A stretch of DNA of 64,000 bases from Candidatus Spongiihabitans sp. (GTDB lineage Bacteria > Pseudomonadota > Gammaproteobacteria > Arenicellales > Poriferihabitantaceae), in assembly GCF_965247905.1 (NCBI RefSeq), contig NZ_OZ252047.1, positions 724,414-788,413 of the forward strand. The letters run 5' to 3'. The notes beneath the pieces are model-generated. The model had not been told where the DNA came from. It ran no database searches and saw only the letters and a program-made list of their open reading frames with translations. Below, in pieces: positions 41,065 through 51,097 of this stretch; position 1 is the first letter of the stretch, and every line of letters starts with the position of its first letter. Both the position numbers and the translations under genes were made by a program.

Positions 41065-43134
41065 TTATATTTCTACATACTCGCGCTTGAACGGCACCGC
41101 GTCGGCATCAACATCGCAGTCAAATTCTCGTGCGAATCGGTGTCCGTGATAAACCGCGGCGGCGATGGTCGATGGTGCGAGACAGTCTCCGATTCGGGTT
41201 ACGGATTTGATTCCGGCATGGTCCAGGGACTCAGCATCGTTATCGAGGTCAAAATACAATGAGGATAGCGGACGCCGAGCAGTCACCAATACCAGATATT
41301 GGGCGTTTATGGTTTGATTTTTAGCGCTCACGATATGCTCCAGAATAATTTGATTGCTGTTTACGCGCTGGACTTGATGTTTTTCAACAATGGCAATGCC
41401 CAAATCCCCTAAGCGTTTTTCGATATGAATCTGCTCAAGGGTGTTGTGAGTCCAAGCCGAGACATCTGCAGCAGGAGTGACTAAAGTCACTTTGGCACCG
41501 GCATTTACCAGGCATTCGGCGATCACGCCGCCCATGTAATAGTGATCATCATCGTACACCACGACATGCCCGCTAATCTGCTTCCCGGCCATGACATCAT
41601 CCGGGGTCAGGATATGCACACTCTTATCGCGGGGTATGGGTTGGCGGTGGACTCTGCCAATACCATCGCGGTCCCATTTTGACCCGGTGGCGACAACCAC
41701 ATGCTGGATATTCAATTGTTTGGCAAATTCCAGTACCTGCTGCTTGTTTATCTCGCTGTGCAGAAAAACCTGAACATTATCCAGTTTGTCGATTTGCCCC
41801 AACCGATAATCAACCACTCGTCTCCAGGCGGATAATCCGGGCAGTTGGCTTTCACAATGCACCCGTCCGCCCGCATGATCATTTGCCTCTGCCACGGTGA
41901 CGTTATATCCCCGCCGGCCTAAAGACATCGCAGATTCCAGTCCGCTTGGGCCGGCGCCAACGATTAAAATCGCGTCGCTGGAGGCGCCCTTTTCAATTTT
42001 CTCGGGATGCCATCCGCGCCGAAATTCTTCCCCCATAGTTGGGTTTTGGGTGCATCGAATCGGTGCGATGATCATATCGCCAGAGACGCAGATATTGCAG
42101 CCGATGCATTCGCGAATATCCTCGACCTGGCCGCTTTCAATTTTACTGGGCAGAAATGGATCGGCAATAGACGGGCGCGCCGCGCCAATCATGTCGAGAA
42201 TGCCTCGTTTGATCTGGGAAACCATGGCGTCCGGCGAGGTGAACCGACCGACGCCCACCACCGGTTTGGTGGTGAGTTTGTTCACGAACGCAGTATATTT
42301 TTCCTGGAATCCTTGTTCGGCGAACCGCGATGTCGCCGAATCATTAGACCAGTCGCTGATGTTCACGTCCCAAATATCTGGATGTTCAGCAAGCATTTCC
42401 ACGACCTCACGGCCTTCATTTTCGGCAACCATGCCGCGCGCTCCGATTAACTGGTCAACCGTAAAACGCAGCGCAATGCCGCAGGTATCTCCCACTGCGT
42501 CTTTGGTATCTTCAAGCAACTCCCGCAAGAACCGCACCCGGTTTTCCAGACTGCCGCCGTATTCATCGGTGCGCTGGTTTCGCTGGGGGGAAATAAAATG
42601 AAAAGGTAACGCAAGGTCATGGGCGGCATAAACATAAACGATGTCGAAGCCCATTTGTTTGGAGCGCAACGCCGCCTTTCGATGCCAGCGCCGCACGTCG
42701 GCAATGTCTCGTTTGCTCATGGCATAGGCTTGCGCCGGGTGATAACTGTCAATCATCATTTCCGATACCCCCATCGCCGGCAGCCTGCTGTAATGATTGG
42801 CGGAGGCGTGTCCGTTATGCGTGATTTCAATGGCGGCAAGCGCGCCGTGTTCGTGGATGGCATCGGCAGTCATCCGCAATCTCTTCATGTCGCCTTCATC
42901 CCATAACCTGCCTTCGATGTACGGCGACCACTCTGAGCCAGGGTGAATTTCAACTTCCTGAGTGGACACAACCGCCCAGCCGCCTTGCGCTTTCATGCCG
43001 CGCATCGCCGCTTCCGCTTTCGGATAAGCATGACCCATGCCATTGCAATGGGGCACCTGATAGAAACGGTTGTGTGCGGTTACCGGCCCGATCTTGACTG
43101 GCTCAAATAAAATATCGTATCGTGGGTCTCGCAT
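41065..43134 (-). CDS. trimethylamine/dimethylamine dehydrogenase-like flavoprotein (OYE-like FMN domain + 4Fe-4S + ADP-binding domains)
   Basis: N-terminus RDPRYDILFEPVKIGPVTAHNRFYQVPHCNGMG parallels TMADH, including the FMN-linking Cys. Also CIGCNICVS...C (4Fe-4S) and VGAGPSGLE. Confidence 0.75.
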   Translation of the reverse strand: MRDPRYDILFEPVKIGPVTAHNRFYQVPHCNGMGHAYPKAEAAMRGMKAQGGWAVVSTQEVEIHPGSEWSPYIEGRLWDEGDMKRLRMTADAIHEHGALAAIEITHNGHASANHYSRLPAMGVSEMMIDSYHPAQAYAMSKRDIADVRRWHRKAALRSKQMGFDIVYVYAAHDLALPFHFISPQRNQRTDEYGGSLENRVRFLRELLEDTKDAVGDTCGIALRFTVDQLIGARGMVAENEGREVVEMLAEHPDIWDVNISDWSNDSATSRFAEQGFQEKYTAFVNKLTTKPVVGVGRFTSPDAMVSQIKRGILDMIGAARPSIADPFLPSKIESGQVEDIRECIGCNICVSGDMIIAPIRCTQNPTMGEEFRRGWHPEKIEKGASSDAILIVGAGPSGLESAMSLGRRGYNVTVAEANDHAGGRVHCESQLPGLSAWRRVVDYRLGQIDKLDNVQVFLHSEINKQQVLEFAKQLNIQHVVVATGSKWDRDGIGRVHRQPIPRDKSVHILTPDDVMAGKQISGHVVVYDDDHYYMGGVIAECLVNAGAKVTLVTPAADVSAWTHNTLEQIHIEKRLGDLGIAIVEKHQVQRVNSNQIILEHIVSAKNQTINAQYLVLVTARRPLSSLYFDLDNDAESLDHAGIKSVTRIGDCLAPSTIAAAVYHGHRFAREFDCDVDADAVPFKREYVEI

Positions 43135-43188
43135 TTAGCACTCGCATTTTAGTCGGCGTTTTATGAAAATTACCGCTCCCATAGAAAA

Positions 43189-44352
43189 TCAAAACACTCT
43201 TTTCAGTGATTGCTTTGATTGATGATTTTCTATGGCGAGTTCAATTAATCGGTCGAGTAATTCTGGATAGGGGATGCCGCTGGCGGCCCATAGTTTAGGG
43301 TACATGCTAATCGGCGTGAATCCGGGCAAGGTGTTTAGTTCGTTTAATATGACCTCGTGGGAATCCTGGTGAACGAAAAAATCCACTCTGGCCAACCCTC
43401 TGCCATCGATGGCTTTGAACGCTTTGATGGCAAGTTGTTGCACGCGCGCGGTGGTTTTGGCGTCCAGCGGCGCGGGAATGACCGAGCGGGATTTATCGTC
43501 AATGTATTTGGTTTCATAGTTGTAGAACTCGGCGCCGGGAATAATTTCACCCGGTACCGAAGCCTTAGGCCCTGCATTACCGAGATGGGCATTGCCTAGA
43601 ATGGCGCACTCGATTTCGTGGCAGTTTTCCATGGCCTGTTCAATCAGGATTTTGTTGTCAAACTCAAAGGCGTGTTCAATAGCGACGGCCAACTGGTCCC
43701 GCTTCCTGGCTTTGCTGATGCCGACGCTGGAGCCCATATTTGCGGGCTTGACAAACAGCGCATAATCGAGCTCACTTTCAATTTTGTCGATGACACGATT
43801 TTTGTGTTTTTGCCATTGCCAAACCGTGCACACCACATACCGGACTTGGGGTATGTTGGCGCACTCAAATACCTTTTTCGCCAAGGCTTTGTCCATAGCC
43901 AGGGCCGAGGCGGCCACGCCGCAGCCAACATAAGGCAATCCGGCCATTTCCAAAACGCCTTGTAACGTGCCGTCTTCTCCAAAGGGGCCGTGCAGAACCG
44001 GAAACACGATATCCACGGCGGGAATGTGGCTACCCGAAAAATCCGAAATTACCGAATCAGAAATCAATGACTCAGGAAGCCGGATCAGGTTGCCCTGATT
44101 ATGCAGACTCAGCGAGACCGTTGTGGTTGAAACGCTATCAGCGGCTTCGATTTTTTCAACACAACCGGTGGACGCCAGCGCTTCAATATCGTCGCTTAAA
44201 TGCCAGTGGCCTGATTTATCGATGCCGATTAGATGAACGTTATACTTATTTCGGTGCAGCGCTTTCAGGATTGAGCGCGCCGAGGTGACCGATACTTCGT
44301 GTTCGCATGATCGACCGCCAAACAATATGCCGATATGAAGCCCGTCTTTCAT
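43189..44352 (-). CDS. ddl: D-alanine--D-alanine ligase
   Basis: IGILFGGRSCEHEVSVTSA...HGPFGEDGTLQG...EINTLPGFT-like ELNTLPGFTPISMY. Confidence 0.9.
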   Translation of the reverse strand: MKDGLHIGILFGGRSCEHEVSVTSARSILKALHRNKYNVHLIGIDKSGHWHLSDDIEALASTGCVEKIEAADSVSTTTVSLSLHNQGNLIRLPESLISDSVISDFSGSHIPAVDIVFPVLHGPFGEDGTLQGVLEMAGLPYVGCGVAASALAMDKALAKKVFECANIPQVRYVVCTVWQWQKHKNRVIDKIESELDYALFVKPANMGSSVGISKARKRDQLAVAIEHAFEFDNKILIEQAMENCHEIECAILGNAHLGNAGPKASVPGEIIPGAEFYNYETKYIDDKSRSVIPAPLDAKTTARVQQLAIKAFKAIDGRGLARVDFFVHQDSHEVILNELNTLPGFTPISMYPKLWAASGIPYPELLDRLIELAIENHQSKQSLKRVF

Positions 44353-44394
44353 TACTCAGATAAATTAATCAGATAAATCAACCAAGCAAATTAA

Positions 44395-45861
44395 TTAATA
44401 GGCGAATTGTTTGATCGCCTGATTGCATAGCGTAATCAAGGCTCCGATCCAGGGCAGGATTGCAATGATTATGATGACGTTAATCGCCAGCACAATTTTA
44501 CGGTCGGATTGCACCGCGATAGGCGCGTCGGCCTCGGGCATCGTCTGCGGCGCATCAAAGTAAACCAGTTTGATGATGCGCAAGTAGTAGTAGGCGCCAA
44601 TCACCGCCAACACCACCGCGACAATAGCAACCCATTGCAGATTGGCGTCAATGAGCGCCTGAATAACCGATAGTTTTGCGAAGAAACCGGCGGTCGGCGG
44701 AACCCCCGCCATGGAAAACATCAATATCAGGAACAGTAGCGCGATGAACGGACTACGCTTGCTCAAGCCTTTGAGATCGTTGAGCTGGTCGGATTCAAAA
44801 TCCTTGGTGGATAAATACAATATCAATCCAAATGCCGCGCAACTCATGGTCGCGTAAATGAGGATATAAAACAAGGATGCGCTATAGCCTGCTACACTGC
44901 CCGCGAGTATGCCGAACAGGAAAAATCCCATGTGAGAAATTGTCGAGTACGCCAGCATTCGCTTCAAATTGTTCTGGGCAATGGCGATAACATTTCCGAC
45001 TGCCACCGACAAAAGCGCCAGGATTATCAGCATCTGCTGCCACTGCCCATGTAAGTCTTCCAGCCCGCCCACCAAAAGACGCATTATCAGGGCAAACGCG
45101 GCAATCTTGGGCGCCGCGCCAATAAAGGCAGTGGTCGATGTGGCAGCACCGTGATACACATCAGGAATCCACATATGAAAAGGAACCGCACCAATTTTGA
45201 ATGCCAGTGCGACCACAATAAAAACAACGGCAAGGGCAAGCGCCAGATTATCCTGGCCCATGTTGGCTGCAACCGAGCTAATCACGGCAAGTTCGAGGGC
45301 GCCGGTCAATCCGTAAAGCAACGACATGCCGTAAAGCAAGACACTGGATGCCAGCGCGCCGAGCACGAAGTATTTCATTGCCGCTTCAACCGCCAGTTTG
45401 TCATCTCGAAAAAAGGCAATCATTGAATACAGACACAACGACATCAATTCCAGGCCCAGGTACAACGTCAACAAGTGATTAGCCGATGCCATCACCATCA
45501 TCCCACAAACCGCAAACAGCCCCAAAACATAATATTCGTTCTTAAAGATATTTCGATCCTGATTGTATTGTCGACCATAGATAAAGATCGTGGCGGACAA
45601 CAAACAAATAGCCACTTTCAGCAGATCGCCCATCGGGTCGTCAACAAACAGGCCGTTAAAGGCAAATGCGGGTTGGGTAGCAAAATCACTGACGATCAAT
45701 ACGCAGGCGGCGAGCAAGGTGAAAACGCTCAACCAAAAGCAAACGATGTCGTTACGCTCCTTGTTAATAAACAACCCCATAATCAAAATTGCCGATGCCA
45801 TTGAAGCGACAAAAATCTCCGGCAACGCCAATGCGGTTTGTAGTGATTGCAGGGTCATCAT
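44395..45861 (-). CDS. nuoN: NADH-quinone oxidoreductase subunit N
   Basis: 488-aa polytopic antiporter-like subunit; last gene of the nuo series. Confidence 0.9.
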   Translation of the reverse strand: MMTLQSLQTALALPEIFVASMASAILIMGLFINKERNDIVCFWLSVFTLLAACVLIVSDFATQPAFAFNGLFVDDPMGDLLKVAICLLSATIFIYGRQYNQDRNIFKNEYYVLGLFAVCGMMVMASANHLLTLYLGLELMSLCLYSMIAFFRDDKLAVEAAMKYFVLGALASSVLLYGMSLLYGLTGALELAVISSVAANMGQDNLALALAVVFIVVALAFKIGAVPFHMWIPDVYHGAATSTTAFIGAAPKIAAFALIMRLLVGGLEDLHGQWQQMLIILALLSVAVGNVIAIAQNNLKRMLAYSTISHMGFFLFGILAGSVAGYSASLFYILIYATMSCAAFGLILYLSTKDFESDQLNDLKGLSKRSPFIALLFLILMFSMAGVPPTAGFFAKLSVIQALIDANLQWVAIVAVVLAVIGAYYYLRIIKLVYFDAPQTMPEADAPIAVQSDRKIVLAINVIIIIAILPWIGALITLCNQAIKQFAY

Positions 45862-45929
45862 CGTGATTTGCTTGGCGTAATTTGCTTGGCGTGGTTTAGT
45901 CGGCGAGTCGCGCTAATCAATCGGGCGCG

Positions 45930-47264
45930 CTAATCAATCAGCCCGAGTTTTTTCAGTTTCGCGAGCAACTGCGCTTGCGTGCCGACGCCTTTGGTGGAGT
46001 TGCACGCGCCGCATAAAAGCTGCAGGTTGGCGAGATGATCCGAGCCGCCGTGATCTTGCGGGACTATGTGATCCACGGTGAAGTTGCGGAACGGGAACGA
46101 ATGTCCGCAGCCGTTGCAGCGGCCTTCCTGCTTGCCGAACAATTCATGCTGGTGCGTCCGGTAATTGACCGGCTCGCCGCGCAAGTCGGTGCGCCGCGGC
46201 AGGTCGTGGCGGTGAATCAAATCGAAGCGGTCGATCAGGTCGGCTTCGTGCGCCATGCGAAGTTTGACCAGGTCGGCGGCTTTGCTCGACAGGTCAATGC
46301 CGAGCCAACGGCGTTTTAGTTTCTCGGCGGCGATCAGGGTGGTCGCGCAACCGCAAAACGGGTCAAGGATGAGATCGCCCTCATCGCTGCTCGCTTTGAT
46401 GATGCGGTCTAACAACGCCAACGGCTTTTGCGTGGGATAGCCGACGCGTTCTTTGCTGGAGTTGTTAATTTTGTCAATCGCCCAAACACTGGCGACCGGC
46501 GCGCCATATTCCATGGCATCTCCCAAATAGCGCTTGACCCGCTTCCCGTCGCCCGCGTCCGACAACACATACTTGCGCCCGTGCTCGTCTTCGTGGACTT
46601 TTTGTCTTCGTTTTGCAATATATTCCTGCTCGCTCTCCCATGGATCGCTGTAGCTATTGAAACGGTTGGTTTTTCCTTTGGCGTAAAAATAAACCACATC
46701 GTGACGGCTCTCAAATTTATGCTTGAGTCGTTTGTTCCAGCCGCTATAACTCCAGATAATTTCATTCCTAAAATTCGTCCTGCCAAACACTGCGTCCATC
46801 AGAATTTTCAGGTAATGCGACGCGGTCGGGTCGCAGTGCAGATAAATGGACGCGGTCGGTTTCATCAGCCGCTTCATCTCCATTAAGCGCACCGCCATCA
46901 TGATCAAATACGATTTCATGCCTCTGCCGTATGCCAACTCGCTGGCGGCGATCGCGCTATAAATCGCGGGGTCTTTGTCGGCGATTTCGCCGTGCCACGC
47001 ATTGTCCACATCGTTCAAAGTCCAAGTATCCTTGAACGCCGCGCCGGCCGCCTTTGAGCCAACCGGCGCGGCGTAGTCGCGGTTGGAATTGAACGGCGGG
47101 TCAAGGTAGATGAGGTCGACGGTGCGCGAGTTGAGGCCACGCATGATTTCCAGATTGTCGCGCGTCCACAGCGTGCCGGACTTGAAGTTCTCTTTCGGCT
47201 TCGCCTTCGTTTTCGTGATCACTTGTTTTGCCATGTTGGTCTCTGTTTTCATTTTCATTTTCAT
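45930..47264 (-). CDS. beta-class DNA methyltransferase fused to a C-terminal HNH endonuclease domain
   Basis: DLIYLDPPFNSNRDY (motif IV), YPTQKPLALLDRII, DLILDPFCGCATT (motif I). C-terminus RCNGCGHSF...VDHIVPQDHGGSDHLANLQLLCGACNSTKG (HNH). Start is uncertain (ATGs at 47264/47258/47252/47234; the 47330 extension overlaps nuoM). Confidence 0.8.
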   Translation of the reverse strand: MKMKMKTETNMAKQVITKTKAKPKENFKSGTLWTRDNLEIMRGLNSRTVDLIYLDPPFNSNRDYAAPVGSKAAGAAFKDTWTLNDVDNAWHGEIADKDPAIYSAIAASELAYGRGMKSYLIMMAVRLMEMKRLMKPTASIYLHCDPTASHYLKILMDAVFGRTNFRNEIIWSYSGWNKRLKHKFESRHDVVYFYAKGKTNRFNSYSDPWESEQEYIAKRRQKVHEDEHGRKYVLSDAGDGKRVKRYLGDAMEYGAPVASVWAIDKINNSSKERVGYPTQKPLALLDRIIKASSDEGDLILDPFCGCATTLIAAEKLKRRWLGIDLSSKAADLVKLRMAHEADLIDRFDLIHRHDLPRRTDLRGEPVNYRTHQHELFGKQEGRCNGCGHSFPFRNFTVDHIVPQDHGGSDHLANLQLLCGACNSTKGVGTQAQLLAKLKKLGLID

Positions 47265-47292
47265 TTTCGTGACGCCGTCTATTTTATCGCGA

Positions 47293-48783
47293 TCATCGGC
47301 AGAGCACCGGGCATTTTGAAATATCCACATGCCGCAATAAGTTTTCGATGGAAGTATGCATCACCTCGAGCACCGGATTGGGCCAAATTCCAACCACCAG
47401 AACCAGTGCGGCAAGAATCCCAAGCATTAAAATTTCACGGCTGTTGACATCTTCCAAAGCGGCAACATCCTGATTGACAACTTTGCCGTAAATGACGCGT
47501 TTCACCATCCACAAGGTGTAGGCCGCGCCAAAAATCAGGGTTAGCGCGGCAATGATGGCAAACCAGGGATTGGCTTGGAAGGCACCGAGAATGACTAAAA
47601 ATTCACCGACAAAGCCAGAAGTGCCGGGCAGGCCGGTATTGGCCATGGCGAACAGCACAAACAATGCGGCGAAAACCGGCATAGGCGTAGCAATGCCGCC
47701 GTAGGTGTCGATCATGCGCGAATGCGTTCGGTCATACAGCACGCCGACGCATAAAAACAAGGCCCCGGAAATAAACCCATGCGAGATCATTTGCATCAGC
47801 GCGCCTTCGGCGCCCTGAGCGTTAAAAATAAACAAGCCCAAAGTAACGAAGCCCATGTGAGAAATCGAAGAGTAGGCGATCAGTTTTTTCATATCCTGCT
47901 GAACCAACGCCACCAGAGCGATATACACCACCGCAATCAGCGAAAGCGTAATCATCAACCAGGCAAGTTCATGGCTGGCATCAGGCGTGATCGGCAGGCT
48001 CAACCGAATGAACCCGTAGCCACCCATCTTCAGCATCACCGCGGCCAAGATGACCGAGCCGCCGGTCGGGGCTTCGACATGGGCATCGGGCAGCCAGGTA
48101 TGCACCGGGAACATCGGCACTTTTACTGCGAATGCGCTGAACAATGCCAGGAAAATCAGGATTTGCGCCTTGAGCGTCAAGGGCAGGGCATGGTAATCCA
48201 GTATGCTGAAACTGCCGCTGGCGTTGTAGAGATACAGCAACGCCACCAACATCAGCAAGGAGCCCAACAAGGTATAAAGGAAGAACTTGATAGTCGCGTA
48301 AATTCGGTTGGGGCCGCCCCAAATACCGATAATCAGGAACATCGGAATGAGCATGGTTTCCCAGAACACATAGAACAACACCGCGTCCAATGCCGAAAAA
48401 ACGCCGATCATGACCCCTTCCATAATCAAAAACGCGGCCATGTATTGGGCGACGCGCTCGGTGATGACTTGCCAGCCGGCAATAATCACAACCACGGTTA
48501 ATAAGGTGGTCAGCAAGATTAACGGCATGGAAATGCCGTCCACGCCAATTGAATAGTAAATATTGAAGGCACTGATCCAGCTATGATGCTCTGTAAACTG
48601 CATATTGGCGGTGCCGGCATCAAATCCGCTATACAGCGAAATACTGAGCAAGAATATAATCACGGAAAAACCGAGCGCCAGTTTGCGCGCAATGGCGGCG
48701 CGTTGATCATTGCCAGTGGCCAGCACCAGCACGCCGGCGACAATGGGCAGCCAGATGAGCGCACTGAGCAGTTTATTTTCCAT
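47293..48783 (-). CDS. nuoM: NADH-quinone oxidoreductase subunit M
   Basis: 496-aa antiporter-like subunit, in position between nuoL and nuoN. Confidence 0.92.
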   Translation of the reverse strand: MENKLLSALIWLPIVAGVLVLATGNDQRAAIARKLALGFSVIIFLLSISLYSGFDAGTANMQFTEHHSWISAFNIYYSIGVDGISMPLILLTTLLTVVVIIAGWQVITERVAQYMAAFLIMEGVMIGVFSALDAVLFYVFWETMLIPMFLIIGIWGGPNRIYATIKFFLYTLLGSLLMLVALLYLYNASGSFSILDYHALPLTLKAQILIFLALFSAFAVKVPMFPVHTWLPDAHVEAPTGGSVILAAVMLKMGGYGFIRLSLPITPDASHELAWLMITLSLIAVVYIALVALVQQDMKKLIAYSSISHMGFVTLGLFIFNAQGAEGALMQMISHGFISGALFLCVGVLYDRTHSRMIDTYGGIATPMPVFAALFVLFAMANTGLPGTSGFVGEFLVILGAFQANPWFAIIAALTLIFGAAYTLWMVKRVIYGKVVNQDVAALEDVNSREILMLGILAALVLVVGIWPNPVLEVMHTSIENLLRHVDISKCPVLCR

Positions 48784-48810
48784 GTCGTTTATTTCTCAGG
48801 GCCTGCCAGG

Positions 48811-50772
48811 TTATAACCAGACGAAAACGGTGATCAACCCAAACAGCCCAAGGATCATGGCGAAGGCATAATGGTAGGTATAGCCGGTTTGAATATGGCG
48901 CAGGATGGCTGAAAAACCGCTGATGGTGTTCGCCGTGCCGTTGACCAGCGCGCCGTCGATCAAGCCCGCATCGACATGCTGGCTGAGCAGTTTGCCGACA
49001 ACAACGGCGCCTTTGGCAAACACCGCCTGGTAGAACTCGTCAAAGCCATATTTGTTCACGAGCAGGCGGTAAAACGGCGCCGATGCGCGGGCGATTTTTG
49101 CGGGCAAGGCGGTGTTTTTGCAGTAGCAATACCACGCCGCGAGTATCCCGGACGCCGCCAGCCAAAAGGGCCAGGCCAGCACGCCGTGCCAAATTGCCGC
49201 CAGCGCCAAGGCGAATCCGGTGTTGCCGCTAAAACCCTCGGCAATTTCCTGGGCGACATCATGATGACGCAGAATGAAAATGGAATCGCCAAAGTAATCG
49301 CCGACCACGACCGGGCCAAAGAACATGAATCCCGCGAACACCGAGGGTATGGCCAAAGCGACCAGCGGCAGAATGACCACGTTGGGCGATTCGTGCGCCT
49401 GGCGGATGACGCTGGCGCTGGAGCGGTTGCGGCCGTGAAAGGTCATGAATAATAATCGGAATGAATAAAATGCGGTCACAAACACCGTGAGCAACACCGC
49501 GATGTGGGCATATTGCGCGCCCCAAATGTCGCTGTGATGCACCGCTTCGATGATGGCGTCCTTGGAGAAAAACCCGGCGAACGGCGGAATGCCGGCCAGC
49601 GCCAGCGCGCCCACCGCGCACGTGATGTAGGTAATCGGCATGATGGCTCTCAGGCCGCCCATCTTGCGCATGTCCTGCTCGTGGCGCATGGCGATAATCA
49701 CCGAGCCGGCGGCCAGGAACAGCAAGGCCTTGAAGAAGGCGTGGGTGCCAAGGTGGAACATGGCGATTTCGTAAGCGGACGCGCCCAGCGCAACGGTCAT
49801 GTAGCCTAACTGCGATAATGTCGAGTAGGCGATCACGCGCTTGATGTCGTTTTGCACCAAGCCGATCAGCGCCATGAATATCGCCGTTGTGGCGCCGATG
49901 ACCAATACCACGGATAAGGCGGTTTCAGAAAACTCAAACAGCGGCGACATGCGCGCCACCATAAAAATCCCGGCGGTCACCATGGTCGCGGCATGGATCA
50001 ATGCGGAAATTGGCGTTGGGCCCTCCATGGAATCCGGCAGCCAGACATGCAATGGCACTTGGGCGGATTTGCCCATGGCGCCGACAAACAACAGCAAGCA
50101 AATAACGGTCATCCACTGCCACTCTCCAAACGCAGAGATAACGGTGGCCTCTTGTATAAAGGGCGCGCTGGCGAATACCGTCGCATAATCCACCGAGCCG
50201 AACACATAAAGTATGGCGGCGATGCCGAGCAGAAAGCCGAAGTCGCCGATGCGGTTGACCAGGAACGCCTTCATGTTGGCAAAAATGGCGCTGTCGCGCT
50301 CAAACCAAAACCCGATCAACAGATAGGACACTAATCCGACCGCTTCCCAGCCGAAGAACAACTGCAGGAAGTTGTTGGACATGACCAGCATCAACATGGA
50401 AAAAGTGAACAATGAGATGTAGCAGAAGAAGCGCTGGTAGCCGGGATCTTCCGCCATATAGCCGATGGTATAAATATGCACCATCAACGACACGAAGGTA
50501 ACGATGACCATCATGGTCGCGGAGAGTTGATCGATCAAAAATCCGATTTGAAATGGAATGCCGCCGCTAAGCGCCCAGGTATATACCGTGTGGTTGGCGA
50601 GGTTGCCGCTGCGCACGTCGGCGTAAACCACCAGCGAAAGCGCGCAAGCCAGGGTTACCCCGGCAATCGTTATCGAATGGGCGCCGCGACGACCGATTGC
50701 CTTGCCAAATAATCCGCAAATGATGGATGCGGCCAGGCAAACCAGCGGAATGGCGAGGTAGATATTTTTCAT
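48811..50772 (-). CDS. nuoL: NADH-quinone oxidoreductase subunit L
   Basis: 653 aa, in order after nuoK. Confidence 0.92.
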   Translation of the reverse strand: MKNIYLAIPLVCLAASIICGLFGKAIGRRGAHSITIAGVTLACALSLVVYADVRSGNLANHTVYTWALSGGIPFQIGFLIDQLSATMMVIVTFVSLMVHIYTIGYMAEDPGYQRFFCYISLFTFSMLMLVMSNNFLQLFFGWEAVGLVSYLLIGFWFERDSAIFANMKAFLVNRIGDFGFLLGIAAILYVFGSVDYATVFASAPFIQEATVISAFGEWQWMTVICLLLFVGAMGKSAQVPLHVWLPDSMEGPTPISALIHAATMVTAGIFMVARMSPLFEFSETALSVVLVIGATTAIFMALIGLVQNDIKRVIAYSTLSQLGYMTVALGASAYEIAMFHLGTHAFFKALLFLAAGSVIIAMRHEQDMRKMGGLRAIMPITYITCAVGALALAGIPPFAGFFSKDAIIEAVHHSDIWGAQYAHIAVLLTVFVTAFYSFRLLFMTFHGRNRSSASVIRQAHESPNVVILPLVALAIPSVFAGFMFFGPVVVGDYFGDSIFILRHHDVAQEIAEGFSGNTGFALALAAIWHGVLAWPFWLAASGILAAWYCYCKNTALPAKIARASAPFYRLLVNKYGFDEFYQAVFAKGAVVVGKLLSQHVDAGLIDGALVNGTANTISGFSAILRHIQTGYTYHYAFAMILGLFGLITVFVWL

Positions 50773-50791
50773 CCGCTGTTCATCCGCGTGT

Positions 50792-51097
50792 TCAGCCTTT
50801 GAGCGAATCCAGTTGGTCGACGTTGATGGTGTGGCGCGCGCGAAACAGCACGATCAGAATGGCCAGGCCAATCGCGATTTCCGCGGCGGCAACGGTCAAA
50901 ATGAAAAACACGAACACCTGGCCGGCGATATCTGCAAGATAATGGGAGAAAGCGATGAAGTTAATATTAACCGCCAACAGCAGTAATTCAATCGACATCA
51001 ACAAGATCACCAGGTTTTTTCGATTCAGGAAAATGCCCACCACGCCGATGGAGAACAATACTGCGCCCAGGATTAAATAATGCGACAAGGGAATCAT
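50792..51097 (-). CDS. nuoK: NADH-quinone oxidoreductase subunit K
   Basis: 101 aa: [28 protein letters not shown]...[11 protein letters not shown]. Confidence 0.92.
   Translation of the reverse strand: MIPLSHYLILGAVLFSIGVVGIFLNRKNLVILLMSIELLLLAVNINFIAFSHYLADIAGQVFVFFILTVAAAEIAIGLAILIVLFRARHTINVDQLDSLKG

Noticed and set aside
47265-47330. Longer start (47330) for the MTase-HNH gene
   Set aside because: It would overlap the nuoM 3' end by 38 nt. ATGs at 47264-47234 lie just after the nuoM stop. The start remains uncertain.
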